Below, in pieces: positions 32,033 to 37,421 of a stretch of 37,421 bases of DNA. The position numbers were made by a program, and so were the translations under genes. The notes beneath the pieces are model-generated. The model did no database searches and had not been told where the DNA came from. It was given only the letters and a program-made list of their open reading frames with translations. How positions within the stretch are numbered: position 1 is the stretch's first letter; the number at the start of each line of letters is the position of its first letter. The DNA is from Thermoplasmata archaeon (GTDB lineage Archaea; Thermoplasmatota; DTKX01; DATEUP01): positions 1-37,421 of the forward strand of contig JBGPNV010000002.1 in assembly GCA_041487695.1 (NCBI GenBank), read 5' to 3'.

Positions 32033-33085
32033 TCACGGGCGAAGCCCGTCCAGAAGCTCGCGCTGGAAAGGCACGAAGGGCACTTTCTGCCGGTCGGAAG
32101 GCGCGAACCACCGGGCGTGCTCTTGCAGCCGTGCGCGCCCCTCCACCCGGCATGCAAACACCCGCGCGTCCCACACGCGCGAGGAGAACGCCTTGCGCCG
32201 GCGGTCGATTTGCCGGGCGGCCGCAAGCTTGAGGCCGTAGCGCCCGAGGTGGTAGGCAAGGGTCTCCTCCGGGGATTCCTCCGCGCGAATTTCGCCGCCC
32301 GGGAGGCCCCAGAGTCCCGCGAGCAGCGCCCCGCGGCCCCGGCGCACGGCAAGGACGCGCCCCTGCCGCTCGACAACCGCGAAAGCGACTTCGACCTCGG
32401 GGAGCGCGGGCCGTGGCGCGCGCGGCGGAAAGCCTGCGACCTTGCCCGTCTTGAATGCCTTGCAGTCCTTCGAAAGCGGACAGTCGCCGCACTTGGGCCG
32501 GCGGGGGAGGCAAACGAGGGACCCGAGCTCCATGAGCCCCTGGTTGAAGGCCGCGGGGTCCTTGGGTTCCAAGAGCCGCTGCGCGATTTCCCGGTACTCC
32601 CGCAGGCCCGCGCCGGAAGAGACCTCGGCCTCGACGAGGAGAAGGCGGGACAAGACGCGCGCGGCGTTCCCGTCGACGGCGGGCACCGGGAGGCCAAAGG
32701 CGATGCTCGCGACCGCGCCGGCCGTGTAGGGCCCGACCCCCGGCAAGGCCCGCAACTCCTCGAAGCTCGAGGGCACTTTCCCTCCGTGGCGTGAGACAAT
32801 CTGGCGTGCTGCCTGGCGGAGGAGCCTGGCGCGCCTGTAGTAGCCAAGGCCCTCCCAGGCGCGGAGCACCTCGTCCTCGTCGGCTTCGGCGAGGGCCTCG
32901 ACGGTCGGGAATTGGCGCAGGAAGCGGCTGAGGAAGGGTTGCCCCGCGCTGATGCGAGTCTGTTGGAGCGCCACCTCCGTGACGAGGACCGCGTAGGGGT
33001 CGCGTGTGCGCCGGAACGGGAGGTCGCGCGCGTTTTGCCGGTACCAGCGCAGAAGTGCGCGGCGGACTGCCGCCTCCGAACGCAT
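32033..33085 (-). CDS. mutY: A/G-specific adenine DNA glycosylase MutY
   Basis: HhH-GPD region LPGVGPYTAGAVASIAF, Fe-S cluster loop C..RRPKCGDCPLSKDC, and a C-terminal NUDIX-like domain GLWGLPGGE. ATG 33085 is preferred over GTG 33139, because a TATA-like tract at 33151-33160 is too close to 33139. Confidence 0.88.
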   Translation of the reverse strand: MRSEAAVRRALLRWYRQNARDLPFRRTRDPYAVLVTEVALQQTRISAGQPFLSRFLRQFPTVEALAEADEDEVLRAWEGLGYYRRARLLRQAARQIVSRHGGKVPSSFEELRALPGVGPYTAGAVASIAFGLPVPAVDGNAARVLSRLLLVEAEVSSGAGLREYREIAQRLLEPKDPAAFNQGLMELGSLVCLPRRPKCGDCPLSKDCKAFKTGKVAGFPPRAPRPALPEVEVAFAVVERQGRVLAVRRGRGALLAGLWGLPGGEIRAEESPEETLAYHLGRYGLKLAAARQIDRRRKAFSSRVWDARVFACRVEGRARLQEHARWFAPSDRQKVPFVPFQRELLDGLRP

Positions 33086-33208
33086 CGCCCCTCGATCAAA
33101 GGCGCCGGAGATAAGGCGGCTGGGCGTGCTTTCGCTCACCCCCGTCCCCGTTTATCTATGCCGCAACGCGCTGGGGCGGGTGGGCGGGATCAAGATAGTA
33201 AGGGGACT

Positions 33209-34393
33209 TTAGGCCGCCCCGCCAAAAATCCGGTCGACCATCCACCGCCGCGTGAAGGGCTGGAGGTCGTCGTACCCCTGGCCCGTACCGACAAAGAAAA
33301 TGGGCTTGCCGATCGCGTGAGCGATCGAGAGCGCCGCGCCGCCCCTTGCGTCCGTGTCGATCTTCGTGAGGACGACGCCGTCGATTCCGACGGCCTCATG
33401 GAACGCGGTCGCCTGGCTCACCGCGTCGTTGCCGACCCAGGCGTCCCCCACAAAGAGCGTGAGGTGGGGCTTGGCGACCCGCTTCATCTTCTTCATCTCG
33501 TCCATGAGGTTCGTGTTTGTCTGCATCCTACCGGCCGTGTCGACGAGCACGACCTCTTTGCCCCGCGCGCGGGCGTGCTCGATCGCGTCGAAGGCGACGG
33601 ACGCGGGGTCCGAGCCCGGCTGGTTCTTGATGAGCTTCACGCCGAGCCGGGTCGCGTGGACCTCGAGCTGGTCGATCGCGCCCGCGCGGAAGGTGTCGCA
33701 TGCCGCGATGACGGGCGAGAGCCCCTGCTTCTTGAGCCGGTGCGCGATGCGAGCGATCGTCGTGGTCTTGCCGGTGCCGTTGATCCCCACGAACATGATC
33801 ACGAAGGGCCGCGGGCCCGCCCGGATGGTCCCGTCGAAGTCGGCGTCGGCAGGGAGCGCGTTTTCGACGGCGATCTTGAGCGCGTGCTGGATGAGTTCGC
33901 CGTTGTTGGAAAAGGCCCCAACCTTCGCCCCTTCGAGTTCGGCCTGGACCGTCCGCTTCATCGCCTCGACGGTTTCCTGGGCAATGTCCCCCTCGTAGAG
34001 TGCGACCTCGAGTTCCGATAGGACCTCGCCAATCTCGGCCTCGCCGAGCCGCCGCTTGAGGAGCCCGCCCTCGAAGGCCTCCGCGCGCTCGTCGCGGAGG
34101 CTCCTCTTCACGCGGTCTTCGAGCTTCACCTCCGCCTTGGCCGCCGGTGGCTCGGCAGGTTGGGGAGCCTGCTTGGTGGCGCCCTTTTTCGCGGGCCGCT
34201 CCGGCGTGGGCGCAGGTGCCGGAGGGGCCGGCGCGCGTCCCTTGGGCGGAGCCGAGGGCGGCGCGGCAGGCGCCTGCGTCGCGGGCAGAGAGGGCGTGGC
34301 CTTGGGCTCGGCCCCCTGGGCGGCCGCAGCGGGGGCGCTGCCCGAGAATTTTTCCTTGAGCTCGGAGAGCCGGGCTCGCAGTTTGTCGAACAC
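33209..34393 (-). CDS. ftsY: signal recognition particle receptor FtsY
   Basis: NG domain motifs GINGTGKTTTIARIA, DTFRAGAIDQL, DTAGR and TKIDTDARGG. The N-terminal domain is A/P/K-rich. Confidence 0.95.
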   Translation of the reverse strand: MFDKLRARLSELKEKFSGSAPAAAAQGAEPKATPSLPATQAPAAPPSAPPKGRAPAPPAPAPTPERPAKKGATKQAPQPAEPPAAKAEVKLEDRVKRSLRDERAEAFEGGLLKRRLGEAEIGEVLSELEVALYEGDIAQETVEAMKRTVQAELEGAKVGAFSNNGELIQHALKIAVENALPADADFDGTIRAGPRPFVIMFVGINGTGKTTTIARIAHRLKKQGLSPVIAACDTFRAGAIDQLEVHATRLGVKLIKNQPGSDPASVAFDAIEHARARGKEVVLVDTAGRMQTNTNLMDEMKKMKRVAKPHLTLFVGDAWVGNDAVSQATAFHEAVGIDGVVLTKIDTDARGGAALSIAHAIGKPIFFVGTGQGYDDLQPFTRRWMVDRIFGGAA

Positions 34394-34441
34394 CCGTACC
34401 CGACCTCCGTCCGCCCGAGGGGGGCGGCCACCCGTCCCCGG

Positions 34442-34957
34442 CTAGTCCTCGTCGTCCTTGTCCTTGTCCGCCTTGTGCGAGTGGGCTTGCTGGGGACGGC
34501 CGGGCGCCCGCGCGGGCGCCGGAGCGCCCTGGAGCTGGGCGTAGAGCCCCTGGATCTGGTTTTCGAGTGCCGCGACCGACTGCTCGAGCCTCGCGGAACC
34601 CTCGAGGACCTTCTTGCGCGAGCTGTCGATCTTCTCCACGCGCTTCTGCAGCTTCTCGACGGCCACTTGGATCGGCAAGGCCGCCGAAAGTCCCGCCCCG
34701 ATCTCCGTGATCGCAGTCTTCGTCGAAGCGGAGTTTGCAAAGACGTAGGCGTTTGCGCCCACGGGCACGAGGACCTCCTGGCCCTCTTTCGCGTCCTTGT
34801 AGGCGTCCAGCGTGTCGATTGCGGTCCGGTGCTCCTCGAGCGAGATGCGCAGGAGCTCGGCCTGCGTGTTCAGCTGGTCGAGCTGCTCCCGGGTCTGCTG
34901 GAGCAGGCCGAGGAGGTTCTGGATGTCCCCCTCCAAGTCCTGCCTCGACTTCGCCAT
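34442..34957 (-). CDS. pfdA: prefoldin subunit alpha
   Basis: Coiled coil, then the double beta-hairpin core EVLVPVGANAYVFAN...ITEIGAGL, then coiled coil. Trimmed to ATG 34957 (MAKSRQDLEG). The C-terminal tail is KD-rich. Confidence 0.85.
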   Translation of the reverse strand: MAKSRQDLEGDIQNLLGLLQQTREQLDQLNTQAELLRISLEEHRTAIDTLDAYKDAKEGQEVLVPVGANAYVFANSASTKTAITEIGAGLSAALPIQVAVEKLQKRVEKIDSSRKKVLEGSARLEQSVAALENQIQGLYAQLQGAPAPARAPGRPQQAHSHKADKDKDDED

Positions 34958-34986
34958 AGCGCGTGGCCCCCCCACAAAGTCGGGCA

Positions 34987-35199
34987 TCACCGGGCGTGGC
35001 CGGCGTCCTTGTCTTTGTCCTTGACTTCCTCGACTTTTTCGATCTTGATAAGCCGCCTGCCGACGTGGTGCCTCGAGCCGTACTCCGAGTAGATCCGCTC
35101 ACGCGCCTTGGCTGGCGTGTCGCTTGCGACCTCGCTCGTGAAGTGCGACCAGTCGTGGCCCATCTTGAAGTTCCCCGATACTCGGTAGGTCTTCGTCAT
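34987..35199 (-). CDS. rplX: 50S ribosomal protein LX (L18Ae/L20A family)
   Basis: 70 aa: MTKTYRVSGNFKMGHDWSHFTSEV...RERIYSEYGSRHHVGRRLIKIEKVEEV. It sits in the conserved archaeal LX-pfdA-ftsY gene order. Confidence 0.85.
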   Translation of the reverse strand: MTKTYRVSGNFKMGHDWSHFTSEVASDTPAKARERIYSEYGSRHHVGRRLIKIEKVEEVKDKDKDAGHAR

Positions 35200-35289
35200 T
35201 CGTGTTCCCCCAGGCTTTTTCGAAGGAGTCGTTCCAACCGGCTTAAGCCTATTTGAATGTCGCGAGCCGGGCGCCCGCCCGTCCGCGCG

Positions 35290-36204
35290 TCAAAGCACGA
35301 GGTGGCCGTAGGCAGCGAGGGAGGCCACGAGGAACGCGGCGATCGTGCCGCCGTTGAGGAGCGGGAGGCCTGCTTGGGGGTTGCCCTTGAGGACCATCCC
35401 CATGAGTGCGCAGAACCCCGCGACGCCGCCGGCGAGCGTGAGGAGTGCGATGGCGAGGTTGGCCTCGAGCCCCAAGAAGAGGGGCGCGGAAGGCAGGAAT
35501 TGGAAGGCGGAGACCACGAGCGCGCCGGGGATCACGACATCGCCAAGGCCCATGAAGAGTGCGTCGCGGCTCTCGCCCGACGCGATCTGCTCTTTGAGGC
35601 CCTTGCCCTTGCGCATGAAGGAGTAGCCCCAGTGCTTGGGGATCACGAACATGATCGGCAGGCTCTCGGACATCACGGTGTCGGCAAGCGCGATCATGTG
35701 CTTCGTGCTGTAGACGGCCCAGGCGTCGTAGACGGCGAGCATCGCAAGCAGGAGGAGGGCGGGCAGGATCCCGAACGAGATCCCGAGGATCGCGGAGAGC
35801 CCGACGCACATCAGGACGCCTGCTGTGTCGATGACGTACCACTCGGGGAAGCGCCAGAGGAGGAGCGTGAGCAGGACCGCGACCTCGAGCGACACGCCGA
35901 GGGACGCCTCGAGCGTCATCGAATTGAAGAGGACGGGCGCGAGCACGAAGTAGACCGTGAAGCCCGTGATGCCGAGGAATAGGCCCTTGACGACCTTGCG
36001 CCCGCCGAGCTTCACGGCGAGGAGCACGCCGCCGGTGAAGCCAAGGATGAGGACAAGGTAGAGCAGGGAGTTCAGCGGGTTGTTCGTGTCGGGCCCGAAG
36101 GCTTGGTACTCGACCCCGTAGTACTGCGAGACGGTCATCCCGCCGAGGATGCAGAGCGTGAAGAGCCCGCCGAGCGCGACCACGCCCGGGATTTCGGCGC
36201 GCAT
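35290..36204 (-). CDS. presenilin/signal-peptide-peptidase homologue (A22 family aspartyl intramembrane protease)
   Basis: Polytopic protein with catalytic motifs AVYDAWAVY (YD) and FMGLGDVVIPG (GxGD), plus a C-terminal QAGLPLLNGG at the PAL-motif position. Trimmed to ATG 36204 to avoid overlap with the aIF-2 beta gene. Confidence 0.75.
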   Translation of the reverse strand: MRAEIPGVVALGGLFTLCILGGMTVSQYYGVEYQAFGPDTNNPLNSLLYLVLILGFTGGVLLAVKLGGRKVVKGLFLGITGFTVYFVLAPVLFNSMTLEASLGVSLEVAVLLTLLLWRFPEWYVIDTAGVLMCVGLSAILGISFGILPALLLLAMLAVYDAWAVYSTKHMIALADTVMSESLPIMFVIPKHWGYSFMRKGKGLKEQIASGESRDALFMGLGDVVIPGALVVSAFQFLPSAPLFLGLEANLAIALLTLAGGVAGFCALMGMVLKGNPQAGLPLLNGGTIAAFLVASLAAYGHLVL

Positions 36205-36253
36205 GGGGTCGCGCGGGCCTCCTTTGCTTTTGGTTGCGCCGCCGGCAAGCCCG

Positions 36254-36880
36254 TCACGGCGCGCGGTGGAGTTTCGCGAAGGCAATGTTGCCCGTGACCT
36301 TCTCGACGAAGGCCTTCACGGTCATCCCCTTGCCCGTGCCGGGGATGAATACGGTGAAGCCCTCCTTGCGAGCCACGCCATCGCCCCGGCCCCCGATGTC
36401 CTCAATGGTGAACTCGTAGACCTTGCCCTCCTCGAGGGCGGGGCGCGCGACTTGCGGCGCGGCCTTCTTGACCTTGATCGGGCGGTGCGCGCCGCAGGCC
36501 TCGCACTTGAGGACGAGGGTGCGCCCGTCGCGGATGAGGTGCGTGTCGGGGCGGTGGCACTCCGAGCACATGACAAAGGTCGCGACGTAGGAGTTCAGCT
36601 TGTCCTCGATCTGCCCGCGGACGAGGCGCCCTTGGAAGAGGAGGCGGCGGCCTTCCTGCGAGCCGGCGGTGCCGAGCTCCCGCAGGAGGTACTGGACGAC
36701 GTCGCGGTCCTCGCGGCGCAGCACTTCGGTGACGTCCTTGAAGTTGCGGAGGACCGTCGCCTTGCCTTCGTAGAGGATGTCGAGTTCAGGCAACTGGAAG
36801 CGCTCGTGCTCGGCGACATGGGCCGGAAGGTTCCCTTTCGCGCGCTCGAGGAGCGCAAGGTACTCGGGGTCGTTCGGCAC
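36254..36880 (-). CDS. eif2b: translation initiation factor aIF-2 beta subunit with C-terminal TRAM-like domain
   Basis: aIF2-beta core with zinc ribbon CSECHRPDT...CEACGA. An extra ~60-aa C-terminal beta-rich module (KVYEFTIEDIGGRGDGVARKEGFTVFIPGTGKGMTVKAFVEKV) resembles a TRAM domain. GGAGG lies 8 nt upstream of the GTG. Confidence 0.9.
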   Translation of the reverse strand: MPNDPEYLALLERAKGNLPAHVAEHERFQLPELDILYEGKATVLRNFKDVTEVLRREDRDVVQYLLRELGTAGSQEGRRLLFQGRLVRGQIEDKLNSYVATFVMCSECHRPDTHLIRDGRTLVLKCEACGAHRPIKVKKAAPQVARPALEEGKVYEFTIEDIGGRGDGVARKEGFTVFIPGTGKGMTVKAFVEKVTGNIAFAKLHRAP

Positions 36881-36996
36881 ACGCTTCCCTCCAGGATGCC
36901 GGCGAGAGGCTCCCGCTTAAAAAACCCTTCCCGGCGGCGCGGGGAATTCCGCCTGCGGGGAAGTCCTTAAGGGGCGCCCCAGCGTGGTTGACCAGG

Positions 36997-37389
36997 ATGG
37001 CAAAGGAGAAGGAAGCCGAGCGTGTCCGCTTCGACGGCGACGCGAAGCTGCAGGCGTTCCTCGGGGCCGTGGCGTTCCTTCTCGCCGCGCTCTTCTGGGC
37101 GTTCATGGCGTTGCGGCTCGGCCTTGCGGCCTCGGCGTTTTGGCCGGTGGCCGCAGCCGCGTGCGCCCTCTCGGCGCTTGCCTTCTTCCTCGCGTGGAGG
37201 CTGCGGGCCAAAATGGAAGCTGAGGTGGCCTTCGGCCGCTGGGACGTCCGCCGCCTTTTCCTTGCCGGGCTCGTCCTGGGGCTGGGGCTCGGCGCGCTTC
37301 CCTACCTCATCCTCCGCTTCAAGCTGGAGGACCCCGACTTCATCCACCTGGCGTCGAAGCCGGAGAACCTGCCGCCGGCCTTCCGGTGA
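36997..37389 (+). CDS. hypothetical membrane protein (3 predicted TM helices)
   Basis: 130 aa from ATG 36997 with three hydrophobic stretches and high GC3. No recognisable motif. Confidence 0.45.
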   Translation: MAKEKEAERVRFDGDAKLQAFLGAVAFLLAALFWAFMALRLGLAASAFWPVAAAACALSALAFFLAWRLRAKMEAEVAFGRWDVRRLFLAGLVLGLGLGALPYLILRFKLEDPDFIHLASKPENLPPAFR

Positions 37390-37421
37390 GGGCGCGCTAC
37401 CGGACGACTGCCGCCGGCGCG

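Noticed and set aside
34445-35035. Similar KD-rich C-terminal tails on the adjacent pfdA (HKADKDKDDED) and LX (EEVKDKDKDAGHAR) genes.
   Set aside because: These are short low-complexity charged tails and the resemblance is probably coincidental. There is not enough signal to propose duplication or recoding.
29-35102. Many long ORFs in the track lie antisense to or overlap the genes called above. Examples: 29-631, 956-2062, 987-1664, 3345-4196, 3956-4657, 5358-6116, 6667-8076, 7250-8179, 10149-11111, 11053-11847, 11208-12305, 12951-13652, 13678-14697, 14456-15259, 22211-23683, 23926-25875, 27019-28236, 28247-29677, 30125-31312, 30817-32232, 31630-33099, 32912-34021, 33528-35102.
   Set aside because: Their translations are R/P/G/A-rich low-complexity strings with no motifs. 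Each is shadowed by an ORF in another frame or strand with clear family signatures. Stop-codon depletion in GC-rich DNA produces such ORFs by chance.
1-37421. CRISPR arrays, rRNA genes, transposases/IS elements and long DNA-level tandem repeats.
   Set aside because: I found no regularly spaced direct repeats, no rRNA-like conserved stretches, and no transposase or integrase-like ORFs. Repeats in the two giant genes are only evident at the protein level, because the DNA copies have diverged.

Overview
High-GC archaeal chromosomal segment. Spot counts of 60-nt lines give about 65-80% GC in core genes. Archaeal hallmarks are ribosomal proteins L40e and LX, aIF-2 beta, prefoldin alpha, FtsY, a presenilin-type protease, an HTH_10 regulator, and TATA boxes 24-28 nt upstream of many start codons. 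Lineage is uncertain; the gene content looks Thermoplasmatota/Euryarchaeota-like. The flanks carry housekeeping and metabolic genes: hutI, an ABC-2 exporter pair, formiminotransferase-cyclodeaminase, a GT4 glycosyltransferase, an aminotransferase, carbamate kinase, mutY, and the LX-pfdA-ftsY cluster. The centre (about 15.2-26.0 kb) looks accessory. It has a VapBC module, a HEPN/wHTH-MNT module, two tRNA-Ser genes and two giant lower-GC surface-protein genes. The most unusual locus is 17.4-22.1 kb: a small Zn-ribbon ORF, then a 1320-aa protein, then a tightly coupled small secreted protein. In the 1320-aa protein a heavily sequon-decorated repeat ectodomain is joined through one TM helix to two cytoplasmic winged-helix domains. 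A second candidate is a wHTH-STAND-like P-loop-TPR protein followed by a Zn-ribbon-CPBP intramembrane protease (28.2-31.8 kb). The ORF track omits two short ORFs, L40e and the Zn-ribbon ORF (both under 60 aa), and as a protein-ORF track does not show the two tRNA genes; all were found by reading the DNA. Most long antisense or overlapping ORFs in the track are high-GC artefacts. All family calls come from motif recognition by eye, since no searches could be run.
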